From positions 1 to 51,461 of IMG/VR virus record IMGVR_UViG_3300020129_000348: a stretch of 51,461 nucleotides of DNA; one strand, given 5' to 3'. This stretch comes from a virus. Its lineage: Duplodnaviria; Caudoviricetes. Position numbers and translations under genes: made by a program. Below are positions 28,810 to 38,061 of this stretch, piece by piece. The notes beneath the pieces were generated by a model that was not told the DNA's origin, ran no database searches, and saw nothing but the letters and a program-made list of their open reading frames with translations. The stretch's first letter is position 1. Each line of letters begins with the position of its first letter.

Positions 28810-29382
28810 ATGTTTGACTTTTCAACCCTGGCCGCAGATCAGCCAAGATTCAATCTCTCGCTCGATAAAGCCCGCAAGATCGCCATGATCTACGGAGTCT
28901 TGGGATTCGGGCATCCCCGCCTGTTTGCGGAAGCGAAACCGGGAGCCATGCCGCCCGGTGTCCTGCTGATCCCGGAAAGGGCGCAGCAGGGCGACGATTC
29001 CCGCTGGCCCGACCGCGTAGATGTAGACACGACCGGAAATGACTTAGTTACGATGTTCGCCGGCGACGATCCTGGCGACAACGCCATGTTCTTGATGGTC
29101 AGCGTTGACGGCTGTGACGATTTCTTCACATGCGCCCCCTGGTACACGGCCCTGACCGATCCGAAACGGGAATCGCAACGGCTCCAGCTTTTGACCGCAA
29201 TGAAGCACGAGGTCGAGATCAGCACACAGCAGGCGTGGTCTGAAGCGGATGAAGCCGTCCTTCCGCAAGTCAACTCAATTCTGGGGATTCAGACAACCGG
29301 GAATGTCTCGGCCCACCGGAGTGCTGCACGTCAAGCACCTGAAGTGCCGGCGGATTACCACGGCAAAGCACCCACCGCCTAA
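28810..29382 (+). CDS. Hypothetical protein
   Basis: GGAG RBS, 190 aa. Confidence 0.75.
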   Translation: MFDFSTLAADQPRFNLSLDKARKIAMIYGVLGFGHPRLFAEAKPGAMPPGVLLIPERAQQGDDSRWPDRVDVDTTGNDLVTMFAGDDPGDNAMFLMVSVDGCDDFFTCAPWYTALTDPKRESQRLQLLTAMKHEVEISTQQAWSEADEAVLPQVNSILGIQTTGNVSAHRSAARQAPEVPADYHGKAPTA

Positions 29383-29396
29383 GCTATACTGAACCG

Positions 29397-29699
29397 ATGG
29401 AACACGAAGCACTGCACAGGATCGAGAAGATCCTGTGCAGAATACTCGAAAGGATGGAACAGTTCATGGCGAACATTGACACTTTTATTGCGGACACGAA
29501 GAAATTTCAGCAAGACGTCGTGGCCGCTTTGGGGCGAGCTCAAGCGAGCATTGACACTCTTCAGGCAGCACTCGCCAGCGCAACCCTAACCCCAGCACAA
29601 CAGAAAGCTCTGGACGATGCCGACGCGGCAGTGAACGCAGCCGACGCAGCCGCCAAGGCATTTGACGTACCTCCAACTCCTCCAGCAGCTCGAAAGTAA
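29397..29699 (+). CDS. Ala-rich coiled-coil protein
   Basis: Helical heptad pattern. Confidence 0.7.
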   Translation: MEHEALHRIEKILCRILERMEQFMANIDTFIADTKKFQQDVVAALGRAQASIDTLQAALASATLTPAQQKALDDADAAVNAADAAAKAFDVPPTPPAARK

Positions 29700-29700
29700 A

Positions 29701-30417
29701 GTGGTATCGCTCGACACACTTCTAGCGGACACCTCACGAGCGCTTCAAGACCTCAGTTCTGCCGTCACTAATCTGAAAGCCGGGTTAGTGACGGTAGCTC
29801 TCGTGAATGGTGCTACGAACTTCGCGCTCTCCCCTTCCGTAATTGAAGCCCTTGAAATTCAGGTCAACCGCGACTTCGCTCCGTTCTGGAATGTCCATGT
29901 CAAACTAACCACTGCGACGAATCCGGGAACCGTCCCGCCCGGAGCCTGGTACCTCCTAATTGCAGACACCGACACGCAAGCGGGCGCCCTCGGCTGGCAC
30001 GATCAAACCCTCGGACGGCCATATGGTGAAGTATTCGTAGTGCCCGCCCAACAATCGGGAGTCGATCTCAGCACGGTGCTGAGCCATGAACTTCTCGAAA
30101 TGCTGGCCGATCCCTACGTGAGTTCAATGGTGCAGTTCACGGACGCACAAGGAAGCCAGAATCTCAGCCCCGTCGAATGCTGTGATGCGGTTGAAAACGA
30201 TCAGTACGACATCACGACATCCAATGGCATCAAAGTGGCAGTCTCAAACTTCGTCACGCCGGCCTACTTCGACCAGAAGTCTAAATTGAAGTACGACTTC
30301 ATGGAGAAACTCACGAATCCGATTCCCTCTATGACTCCAGGTGGATACCTCAGCTACCTTCCAATCACGGCCGGACAATGGACTCAACTTGGCGGAAGGC
30401 TTGCCGGTACTCACTGA
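29701..30417 (+). CDS. Zincin-like metallopeptidase
   Basis: ALGWH...SHELLEMLADP...ECCDAVE. Confidence 0.65.
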   Translation: MVSLDTLLADTSRALQDLSSAVTNLKAGLVTVALVNGATNFALSPSVIEALEIQVNRDFAPFWNVHVKLTTATNPGTVPPGAWYLLIADTDTQAGALGWHDQTLGRPYGEVFVVPAQQSGVDLSTVLSHELLEMLADPYVSSMVQFTDAQGSQNLSPVECCDAVENDQYDITTSNGIKVAVSNFVTPAYFDQKSKLKYDFMEKLTNPIPSMTPGGYLSYLPITAGQWTQLGGRLAGTH

Positions 30418-30435
30418 TCTGCTAAACTTGACGAA

Positions 30436-30909
30436 ATGGACGACATCACCAAAGTTGCGCCCGCGTCAAACATAATTCCGTACATCGTGGCCGCAGTGAC
30501 CGTGGTTCTGATTTCCACCCTTGCCATCTTCGGTGTGTTTCTAGTCCGGCCGGACAAAGACAACACGGCGCTCATTGCGATAATTTGCGCCTCAATCACG
30601 CCCACCAGCGCTGCAATTTTAGCCATGATGAAAGCTCAGGAGACTCACATGGTGGTTAACTCGCGCTTCGATAAAGTCCTCGAAGCGTCGAAAGCCGTGT
30701 CGCACAAGGAAGGGGTAGAGGACGAAAGAGAGCGGCAAAACTTGATGCGCAGAATGATTGACGCAAATAACAATCTCGAAGCCCTGAGGGAATCGGGTTC
30801 GATCCCGCCCGGCGCGGTCCTGCCCGCAGTTCTAGTAGTTCCGACGGAGTCGTCAATTTCAACAGTTCAAGCGCCCACGAATGTGGCCACACCGGAAGCC
30901 AAGAAATAG
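30436..30909 (+). CDS. Two-TM membrane protein (holin-like)
   Basis: Two N-terminal TM segments, charged C-terminus. Confidence 0.6.
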   Translation: MDDITKVAPASNIIPYIVAAVTVVLISTLAIFGVFLVRPDKDNTALIAIICASITPTSAAILAMMKAQETHMVVNSRFDKVLEASKAVSHKEGVEDERERQNLMRRMIDANNNLEALRESGSIPPGAVLPAVLVVPTESSISTVQAPTNVATPEAKK

Positions 30910-30923
30910 GAGTATACTGAACC

Positions 30924-31430
30924 ATGCGCACCCTTCGCCTTCTCACTCTGTCGATTCTCCTGCTTTCACTGTTCGGATGTAAGAGCAGCCTAACTACAAC
31001 GCTCAATCTGGTAGTTGCCGCGTCCGAAGCCGCAGTTGGCGTTCTCGAATCGACGGGCAGTCTTCCGCCGGCCGTGGGATCGCAAATTACAACATACCTT
31101 CAACTCGTAAGCGAAGCGACTAGTTTTGCTACAACTGAACTCGCATCGGCGGACACGAGCCAGGTGAAGGCGTTGAAAATAGCTCAGGAGTTCGCAAAGA
31201 TCGCCCAGCCGACTTTTGGGCCAGGTACCCCGCAGACGGTCATCAATGTAGTTCAGTCCGTCGTTACGGCCGTGCTCAACTTCTTGCAGACAATTCAGCC
31301 CCCGCCAGGCGCTCATGCCGCCAGAACAGCACCGCCAAACATCAAATTGTCAGCCGACGACATGAAGACGTTGGACGGTATTAACGTACGAGCTCTGCAG
31401 GTGAAGGCCCGGCTTATACGGCTTCACTAG
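30924..31430 (+). CDS. Lipoprotein
   Basis: Signal with LFGC lipobox. Confidence 0.75.
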   Translation: MRTLRLLTLSILLLSLFGCKSSLTTTLNLVVAASEAAVGVLESTGSLPPAVGSQITTYLQLVSEATSFATTELASADTSQVKALKIAQEFAKIAQPTFGPGTPQTVINVVQSVVTAVLNFLQTIQPPPGAHAARTAPPNIKLSADDMKTLDGINVRALQVKARLIRLH

Positions 31431-31483
31431 TACTGAAGTTCCATTGCATTCCTCTCGCTGACGGGTTTAGAATTGCGTTATGT

Positions 31484-32108
31484 TCTGGCGCTCTTCTCAC
31501 CATCCGTTCGCAGCTTGCGACTTTCAGACGTTCGCGCAAATGAGGCAGTGGTGAAAGCTCTCTCGTTGACCCAACCGTGGGCTTCGCTTGTGGCCGTTGG
31601 CGCAAAGAGAATCGAGACGCGATCTTGGCGAACGCCATACCGCGGGGCGTTGGCGATTCACGCAGCGAAGCGTTTCCCGGCAGACGCCCGCGATTTCACC
31701 TACACAAAGATGGCGCGAGAATCTCTCGTGCCGTACTACGCCGAGCCGGATCACTGGCTTGGTGTTACCGACAAACCAACTCAGCTTGACAAAAATCTTC
31801 CTCTCGGTTGTGTTATCGCCACATGCCGCCTGATCTCATGTATTCCGACAAGAGAGATTGAACTCGCTAAGAAGATAGGTGTAGACCAAGCCGTTATCCC
31901 ACTCTGTCCCGATTTCGAGATCACGGAGCAAGAGTACGCCTTTGGCAATTACAGTTTGGGTCGATGGGCCTGGCTTCTCGCTGACATCAAACTACTCCCT
32001 GAACCAATACCAATAAGGGGAGCACGGTCTCTCTGGGAATGGGAGCCTGTTCATAGCGCGAACGGCATACCCTCCAAACCGCCCACCGAACCCGAGAAGA
32101 GCGCCAAC
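31484..32108 (+). mobile_element. Cassette C6 (inverted ends), cargo ASCH gene
   Basis: TGGCGCTCTTCTC...GTTCGCGCAAATGAGGC left; TAGCGCGAAC...GAGAAGAGCGCCAAC right. Confidence 0.9.
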
Positions 32109-32117
32109 GGAAAATGA
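31551..32117 (+). CDS. ASCH-domain protein
   Basis: KALSLTQPWASL...GAKRIETRSW...YRG-x-LAIHA. Confidence 0.9.
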   Translation: MKALSLTQPWASLVAVGAKRIETRSWRTPYRGALAIHAAKRFPADARDFTYTKMARESLVPYYAEPDHWLGVTDKPTQLDKNLPLGCVIATCRLISCIPTREIELAKKIGVDQAVIPLCPDFEITEQEYAFGNYSLGRWAWLLADIKLLPEPIPIRGARSLWEWEPVHSANGIPSKPPTEPEKSANGK

Positions 32118-32746
32118 AGAAGTGTGCAATCTACATCCGAGTGAGCACACCCAAGAAAGTACCGGGCAAAGCAGCAGGCTCGGAAGTCTACCTGCAAAAT
32201 CCCGCAGTGCAACTAGAACCGTTGAAACAACTGGCCAGCATAATCAACGCGGAAGTATTCAAGGTGTACTCTGACCGGATGAGCGGAGCAAACACGAACC
32301 GGCCAGCTTATCGGGAACTGATGACCGATGCACGGCGCCGCCAGTTCCAAGTAGTAATCGTGTGGCGCTTCGACCGCTGGGCGCGATCGACACAAGAGCT
32401 AATCTCGACTCTCGAAGAATTCCAAGCGTTGGGCATCGACTTCATTTCACAGCAAGAAGCGATTGACACAAGTACGCCCATGGGCAAGTGCCTATTCACT
32501 ATCATTGCAGCCGTCGCGGAGATGGAGAGGCATGCAATCAAGGAACGGATTCGCGCCGGCATGGAGTACGCCCGCAATCATGGAACGAAGTCGGGTAAGG
32601 AAGTGGGGCGACCGAAACGGGTGTTTCGGAGGGATGAGGCGATCGCGCTTCGACAAGAAGGCTTGCCCTTCCGGGAGATCGCACGGCGTCTCAAAGTAGG
32701 GGATGGTACAGTCAGGCGGGCATGCGCCACAATGCTATCGGCGTAA
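32114..32746 (+). CDS. Small serine recombinase (resolvase/invertase family) with C-terminal HTH
   Basis: YIRVST, SG...RP, DRWARS, ERIRAG, GRP, IARRLKVGDGTVRR. Confidence 0.95.
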   Translation: MKKCAIYIRVSTPKKVPGKAAGSEVYLQNPAVQLEPLKQLASIINAEVFKVYSDRMSGANTNRPAYRELMTDARRRQFQVVIVWRFDRWARSTQELISTLEEFQALGIDFISQQEAIDTSTPMGKCLFTIIAAVAEMERHAIKERIRAGMEYARNHGTKSGKEVGRPKRVFRRDEAIALRQEGLPFREIARRLKVGDGTVRRACATMLSA

Positions 32747-32813
32747 GAGGGCTGAAGTGTTGGGGACTCAGGTGTTACCATTACTGCTAGAGATGCGCCA
32801 ATAGGACTAGGTT

Positions 32814-33056
32814 GTGGCTCAGGAACAGTTAGAAACTAACAAAACGGCTACCGTAACCGTCTCCCTGAATCTCGGAACGTGGCTTGCAATCCAAACAGCC
32901 CTTGTCGCTTTCTCGTTTGCTCCCGAACGCAGAAAGTTCATGTGCGCGTTATTGAAGAAGTTCAATCGGGCGCTTTATATTGCACGGGGAGGCTCGGCGA
33001 AAGAACATGATGAGATCGTAAAACGCATCGCCGAATCGAAAAAGCGAGGCTGGTGA
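32814..33056 (+). CDS. Hypothetical protein
   Basis: GTGA coupled to next ORF. Confidence 0.6.
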   Translation: MAQEQLETNKTATVTVSLNLGTWLAIQTALVAFSFAPERRKFMCALLKKFNRALYIARGGSAKEHDEIVKRIAESKKRGW

Positions 33057-34255
33057 GGTTGATGTGGCTATACATACCCTCAGCATTTGTACTGGAGGAA
33101 CCGCGGGACTTGACTTGGGACTTGAAATCAGTCTCGGAGAGTGCCGCCCAATCTGTTACGTGGAGATCGAAATCACGGCTGTCCAAACTCTGGTATCGCG
33201 CATTCGCGAAGGGTCACTTCCGGACGCTCCCATTTTTAGCGACCTCTCAAGATTCAATGGAAAAAGGCTTCGAGGTTTGGTTGACATCGTTTCAGCGGGA
33301 CTGCCCTGCCAGCCCTACTCCGTCGCCGGAAAACGAAAAGAGCATAAAGACAAGCGGGCGATCTGGCCGGAATTCATTCGAGTGGTGGGAGAAGTGCTCC
33401 CGTCATTGGTATTCCTCGAAAATGTCCCTGAGTTTCTTAAGCACTTCAACCCAGTCGGCAAAGAACTACAAAGAATGGGCTACGTGGTTGAGGAACCGCT
33501 CTTCCTCTCAGCTTCGGACGTTGGGGCTTCGCACAAACGGACCCGTATCTTCATACTGGCCTACCGTGAATGCGTCGGAAAAAGCTGGCTACAATCGCTC
33601 TGCTTACGAGGGAGCAGTGATCCGACCGCACTTGGAATCGGCGGCGAGGAACTGGCCATCTCCACGATCCGAGGACGGGGAGAGTTGCGGCAACCATCCG
33701 GGAGTGACGGACTCACTGACGGGCGCAACGGGCTTGTGGGTAACACCGAATACGCCGAGCGGGGGACCGAACACGAAGAGCACGGCAACGCATCAAGGGG
33801 AACTGGGCCTGGATGGTCAAGCCAAGCTGTGGACAACTCCGCAAGCACACGATCAACAGGGCGGCAATCCGAACCGGGTCAAGAGATTTGGGACGAAGCA
33901 CGGAGGAGCGAATCTAGCGGACGATGTGACGCTGTGGGGAACGCCGAATGCTCACGAGCGGACACAAACTCCGAGGGATGTCCATCTACTCCATCGACCT
34001 CGGACCAGGCCCGGGATTTTTTCGCTCCAGGACCTTCCTCGGAACTCTGGCGAGACATCCTTGAGCACGCCCCTTGGCTTGCCCCGGCGATTGAATCCGG
34101 CTTTCGTGTGTTGGTTGATGGGACTCCCCTGGTTTTGGACGAATCCCGCACAGATCAACTCCGCTCGGTTGGAAACGCAGTCGTACCTTTGCAGGCAGCG
34201 GTTGCTTTTACATTACTTGTGCGGAAAGCCTCAGAGGGCGCACGGTAGAAACTGA
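33053..34255 (+). CDS. Overlapping alternative-frame partner polypeptide of the C5 MTase
   Basis: 400-aa open frame; five W-x-(T/S)-(P/V) repeats; RRLNPAFVCWLMGLPWFWT (motif IX-like). Confidence 0.7.
   Translation: MRLMWLYIPSAFVLEEPRDLTWDLKSVSESAAQSVTWRSKSRLSKLWYRAFAKGHFRTLPFLATSQDSMEKGFEVWLTSFQRDCPASPTPSPENEKSIKTSGRSGRNSFEWWEKCSRHWYSSKMSLSFLSTSTQSAKNYKEWATWLRNRSSSQLRTLGLRTNGPVSSYWPTVNASEKAGYNRSAYEGAVIRPHLESAARNWPSPRSEDGESCGNHPGVTDSLTGATGLWVTPNTPSGGPNTKSTATHQGELGLDGQAKLWTTPQAHDQQGGNPNRVKRFGTKHGGANLADDVTLWGTPNAHERTQTPRDVHLLHRPRTRPGIFSLQDLPRNSGETSLSTPLGLPRRLNPAFVCWLMGLPWFWTNPAQINSARLETQSYLCRQRLLLHYLCGKPQRAHGRN
33064..34248 (+). CDS. C5 cytosine DNA methyltransferase, catalytic polypeptide
   Basis: GLPCQPYS (IV), ENV (VI), HKRTRIF (VIII), GNAV (X). 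Confidence 0.9.
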   Translation: MAIHTLSICTGGTAGLDLGLEISLGECRPICYVEIEITAVQTLVSRIREGSLPDAPIFSDLSRFNGKRLRGLVDIVSAGLPCQPYSVAGKRKEHKDKRAIWPEFIRVVGEVLPSLVFLENVPEFLKHFNPVGKELQRMGYVVEEPLFLSASDVGASHKRTRIFILAYRECVGKSWLQSLCLRGSSDPTALGIGGEELAISTIRGRGELRQPSGSDGLTDGRNGLVGNTEYAERGTEHEEHGNASRGTGPGWSSQAVDNSASTRSTGRQSEPGQEIWDEARRSESSGRCDAVGNAECSRADTNSEGCPSTPSTSDQARDFFAPGPSSELWRDILEHAPWLAPAIESGFRVLVDGTPLVLDESRTDQLRSVGNAVVPLQAAVAFTLLVRKASEGAR

Positions 34256-34288
34256 CTAACTGCGAGAGATTGCCGAGAAAAGCCCCAA
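34228..34288 (+). repeat. Orphan cassette-end site at 3' end of MTase
   Basis: GCCTCAGAGGGCGCACGG...GAGAAAAGCCCCAA. Confidence 0.85.
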
Positions 34289-34300
34289 AACTAAAAAACA

Positions 34301-35191
34301 TCAAGTGCATGCCGAAGAAACTTCTTTCCAATGCAGAAGCCGTAGAGAACTCTTGCCGCCGTTGAGGAAAAACAGCGATTGGTTCGGCGTTAGCAAGTTC
34401 GTGTTGCTCTCAATTTGCATCTGCAACCAGGTCGCATTATCGGTTCCAATCCAATAGGTTCGGCTGTTCGCAGGAGTCCCTCCCGCTCCGTTGTCGCCGA
34501 TCCGCAAGCACATCAAGCCGCCGCTAAACGTGAATCCGGCATTGTTGACTGGAGTCGACCCGCCGTACGTGTTCGGATCTGTCGCGTAGAAGGCCACAAT
34601 CTGATAGGCCGTGTTCTGATAGATTCCGTAGATCAATAAGTGCCCAGTGGCGGAATCCCTCCAGCCGATACCAAGCAATTGATTCGTATTCGACCCTTGG
34701 TAGTAGGTGAAGCAGGCTTCGATACAATACGGCGCCGCCGGAAGTGTTTTGACGCGCGCGTGAATATTGAAGTTCGATTCGTACGAGCCGTCGAACAGCG
34801 TCACACTTCCATTTGCGGTTGTCTTCGTTGCCGTCCCTTGATTTACCCAGGCGTAGTTTCCATCGATCGGTTTGACAAACTGGAAGATGTTGCCATAGAA
34901 GTTCGTGCCGTCTGAGATGTAGGGTGGGGTTGCCGTGAAGCTTCCGCCGCCCGAGCTCGTGCAGTCCGTTGAACTCGTGCCGGCGTTATCGACACACGTT
35001 GTCCCCGAAAGGAAATTCAAGATCGTTCTCTGGGTTACCGGCGTTCCGTTGTTTTGGATCGTCGCATACCCTGAGGCTGCGAGGGCTTGTACTCCTACTT
35101 GTATGTAGGATTGGGGAATAAAGGCGAAGCAAATGCCTGTCAGTATTCCGAGTACCAAGGTGACGATTGTGAATATTCGATTGTTTTTCAT
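34301..35191 (-). CDS. Beta-rich putative spike/receptor-binding protein with N-terminal signal/TM
   Basis: IQNNGTPVTQRTILNF fibre-type segment; G/T/N-rich. Confidence 0.7.
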   Translation of the reverse strand: MKNNRIFTIVTLVLGILTGICFAFIPQSYIQVGVQALAASGYATIQNNGTPVTQRTILNFLSGTTCVDNAGTSSTDCTSSGGGSFTATPPYISDGTNFYGNIFQFVKPIDGNYAWVNQGTATKTTANGSVTLFDGSYESNFNIHARVKTLPAAPYCIEACFTYYQGSNTNQLLGIGWRDSATGHLLIYGIYQNTAYQIVAFYATDPNTYGGSTPVNNAGFTFSGGLMCLRIGDNGAGGTPANSRTYWIGTDNATWLQMQIESNTNLLTPNQSLFFLNGGKSSLRLLHWKEVSSACT

Positions 35192-35514
35192 ATGTTGGCG
35201 CTCTTCTCCGCTTCCGTTGACGGTTTGGAGTTGCTGCGGGTCGCGCTCTGAGCATCGTCCACGTCAAACGGTCGATTAGCTAGCAATATTGGATGATGCA
35301 TGAGATCACGAAGCGCCGCGTATGGCGTACGAGCACGCGCGTGATACAACGGGCCGTCTTCGTCACACAGCGTAGCCTTAAACTCCATGTCGTGCCACGC
35401 CTTAAAATATCCAACCTTGATCCGGTAAAAGTGGTTACTTCGAACGCCGATGCTCAGAGCGCGAACCGCTTCCGGCCCCTGAGCGTCCGAACCTGATGAG
35501 AAGAGCGCCGACAT
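35188..35514 (-). CDS. Hypothetical protein spanning all of C7
   Basis: Starts at ATG at one end, stops past the other overlapping the next ATG. Confidence 0.6.
   Translation of the reverse strand: MSALFSSGSDAQGPEAVRALSIGVRSNHFYRIKVGYFKAWHDMEFKATLCDEDGPLYHARARTPYAALRDLMHHPILLANRPFDVDDAQSATRSNSKPSTEAEKSANI
35194..35512 (-). mobile_element. Cassette C7 (inverted ends)
   Basis: Both ends of GCTCAGAGCGCGA type; 319 bp. Confidence 0.85.
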
Positions 35515-35522
35515 AAAAAAAT

Positions 35523-35747
35523 CTACAACGGCTGAGGAATTTCAGAAACCTCAATAGACGTCTGTCTGGAATCAAAAGGAGAATACACTAATCTCTCATC
35601 AAAGACTTTGACTCGTGCGTAGCTTCCATCTGGCAGAAGAGAAAGCCGTGTGGAAATGAAAAGCTTGACCTCGGCGGGTGCGCCAGATTCCAACACCGCC
35701 GTTTCTACGTTGCTTGTTAGTCCGGAGAGATCGAGAATAGGGATCAT
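35523..35747 (-). CDS. Small hypothetical protein
   Basis: In operon, 74 aa. Confidence 0.55.
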   Translation of the reverse strand: MIPILDLSGLTSNVETAVLESGAPAEVKLFISTRLSLLPDGSYARVKVFDERLVYSPFDSRQTSIEVSEIPQPL

Positions 35748-35751
35748 TGAG

Positions 35752-36906
35752 TTATCCGATCTGCGTAATGAACGCCTCGATATTATATGTCACAGTGGTG
35801 TAGATTCCACCGGCTGTCGTTTGAACGGTAATTGCAGTTCCGCCCTTAACCCTGAGATGAAGCGGAACGCCTTCGTACGGGCCAAGCCCTTGAGTGCTGG
35901 TGATGGTGCTGAGCAGGGTTCCCGTGATTTGAGAAAAGGTGAGGGTCAAAGTGCGCGATGTATTGCTTTCGTCGGTGTAGGTAACGGTAACGGCGAAACT
36001 GAAGGCCGTTGAGGCCGTGACGAGCACATTTGCCGAAACATAAAAAGAACCGTCATTGGCGGGCGTGAAAGTCGCCACTATGCCAGATGCCGCTGTTTGA
36101 GCCGTTTTTCTTCCTGTCCCATATATGGCTGGAACACCAAGACCGACAGTGGCGGTTCCGCTATATTTTGTGACCGCGCCGCCGGCGAGCAAGAAATTTC
36201 CGTCGACAGTGGTGCCACCAGGTCCTTCACCCGCCGAGATTCCGAGAGATTTTACCACCCCGTTAACGGTGGGCGCATTTTGAGTAGTCCACATTGGATT
36301 AACCGGCGTGTTATATTGCAATGTCCAAGCGTTCGCCCCGCTGCCTTGATAGGTCATGTAGTAGAATCCGCCGATTCCGTTTCCGCCCGTGGCGTCTCCA
36401 ATCATCGCGTTCGCTGCCAGATTTCCGAAATTGTTCCCGGCATCCGGGCTAACGATTGTTTTATTTCCTATGCCGTTTACATTGATGGACGGATTCGCCG
36501 TATTTCCAGCCGCTGCAAAACGGAACCGGATAGTTGAATTCAGGACAGGAGTATAGAACGCACCAGTACTGCATGAAAATTCAACCCCTGCCCCTCCGGT
36601 GTGCGAGGCATCGCTGTCGTAACAGTCCTGAATTGCTCCAGTCGCCCCGTTTTTCGCGATTGAGCCATCCACATAAGCCGATGTGACGGTTTTACAATTT
36701 GCAACATTTCCCAACACGTCTATCGAGGTAAGAACCTGATTTGTGCAGGTCTGCGCAAGCCCGGTAGGACCTGAAAGCGGAGTACTGCGCGATACCGGAG
36801 ACTGAGCGGAAATAAACAACCCGGAAACGATGAGCGACATGACGCAGCAAACGGCAAAGAAGGAGGGTCCAAGTTTGATGTGTTTCGCAGACAATTTCAG
36901 GCCCAT
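35752..36906 (-). CDS. Beta-rich putative spike protein with N-terminal TM
   Basis: G/T/A-rich; N-terminal hydrophobic helix. Confidence 0.75.
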   Translation of the reverse strand: MGLKLSAKHIKLGPSFFAVCCVMSLIVSGLFISAQSPVSRSTPLSGPTGLAQTCTNQVLTSIDVLGNVANCKTVTSAYVDGSIAKNGATGAIQDCYDSDASHTGGAGVEFSCSTGAFYTPVLNSTIRFRFAAAGNTANPSINVNGIGNKTIVSPDAGNNFGNLAANAMIGDATGGNGIGGFYYMTYQGSGANAWTLQYNTPVNPMWTTQNAPTVNGVVKSLGISAGEGPGGTTVDGNFLLAGGAVTKYSGTATVGLGVPAIYGTGRKTAQTAASGIVATFTPANDGSFYVSANVLVTASTAFSFAVTVTYTDESNTSRTLTLTFSQITGTLLSTITSTQGLGPYEGVPLHLRVKGGTAITVQTTAGGIYTTVTYNIEAFITQIG

Positions 36907-36913
36907 ATAAATC

Positions 36914-37501
36914 CTATCGAATCACCGAAGCCCCAAATGTCTGAGAGGCCGGATCAACCGCACCGCCGGATAAATTACACAGTCTCACCTGTACTGTATT
37001 CGCAGCACTGACCAGCATTGTCCCAAATAAACCAGTCTCAAGAGTAGAGGGCCAATCAGGAGCCAGGGAATCGCCCGTTACGGCGCCAGTCAGAGTGAAG
37101 GTGTTTGCAAGGCACGTTCCGTCCGCGATCGACGCGAAGTCGATTGTAGCCGTTGCCTTGATAATCGTTGCTGAGCCGGAGGTCCCGCACGAGAAGGCTT
37201 GCGTTGAATTGTTGTAGTTGAGATGGTTTCCGCCAGAATCGGTGCAGGCCGGAAGAGTTTCCCAAGCCGAGACCGCCGCCGCCGTTGTCACGAGCACTTG
37301 ATTCGCCGCGGAATTCACCGGTACGGTCGTACCGTTGATCTTTCCTACCACCGTTGCATTCTGGGAGCCTGTGACATCCCCTGCTAGCGTGATGGGCACC
37401 TGAATCGTTCCGGCCCATAGCACACAGGCGCAAATTACCAATGTAATGACGATCTTCCACCAGATGCGTTCGGGTGGGAGTTCTTCCGGTTTCCGTTTCA
37501 T
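36914..37501 (-). CDS. Putative fibre/spike protein with N-terminal TM
   Basis: LAGDVTG, VSAANTVQVRL motifs; start reassigned to ATGA overlap. Confidence 0.75.
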   Translation of the reverse strand: MKRKPEELPPERIWWKIVITLVICACVLWAGTIQVPITLAGDVTGSQNATVVGKINGTTVPVNSAANQVLVTTAAAVSAWETLPACTDSGGNHLNYNNSTQAFSCGTSGSATIIKATATIDFASIADGTCLANTFTLTGAVTGDSLAPDWPSTLETGLFGTMLVSAANTVQVRLCNLSGGAVDPASQTFGASVIR

Positions 37502-37860
37502 AGACCGTCGACAACTATTAGTAAATCTCCAGCCTGAAACTTCCGCCGGTAGATTTGGGCAAGGATAACACATCCATCGGAAGCGAGACCCGGATGCGCT
37601 GCGGAATCTCCATGGATGAAAAATCCGGAGCGCCCGAATACATCGCCGCGCGGAGTCAATGGAATCGCGAGCGGTCCGAGTCTGGGATGAGTAAGCGCTT
37701 CCCCAATTGTCCATTCACCGCGAGGAATCGGCCCTGTGTTATGGAAACTCTCCATCGCGGGATTCATTCGTCCATCGTCTCGTCCGGAGTAACCAGCGCC
37801 AACAATAGAGTGGGAGCGGTCCCGTAGATTACCAGTCGTCTGTTCGTAAATCCAATTCAT
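37498..37860 (-). CDS. Tlde1/DUF2778-like (L,D-transpeptidase fold) cell-wall enzyme
   Basis: GPIPRG...GRSGFFIHGD...ASDGC. Confidence 0.85.
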   Translation of the reverse strand: MNWIYEQTTGNLRDRSHSIVGAGYSGRDDGRMNPAMESFHNTGPIPRGEWTIGEALTHPRLGPLAIPLTPRGDVFGRSGFFIHGDSAAHPGLASDGCVILAQIYRRKFQAGDLLIVVDGL

Positions 37861-38060
37861 CGCCGCCGCATCCTTTCCCGCATGAGGGCGAACTTTCCCT
37901 CCAGCGGCCGATATCTACGCTTGCTCGGCGGCACGTACACGGGAATACGAATACGCGTCAAGTCGCGCGTCAGCCGCAGCGGCATTATGTCGAGATGCTG
38001 CAGAACGGATTGACTGTGCGCCGGCACTCCGGAACGTGCGGGGATAATAGCTATATGCAT
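37857..38060 (-). CDS. Small basic protein
   Basis: ATGA coupled. Confidence 0.5.
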   Translation of the reverse strand: MHIAIIPARSGVPAHSQSVLQHLDIMPLRLTRDLTRIRIPVYVPPSKRRYRPLEGKFALMRERMRRR

Positions 38061-38061
38061 G

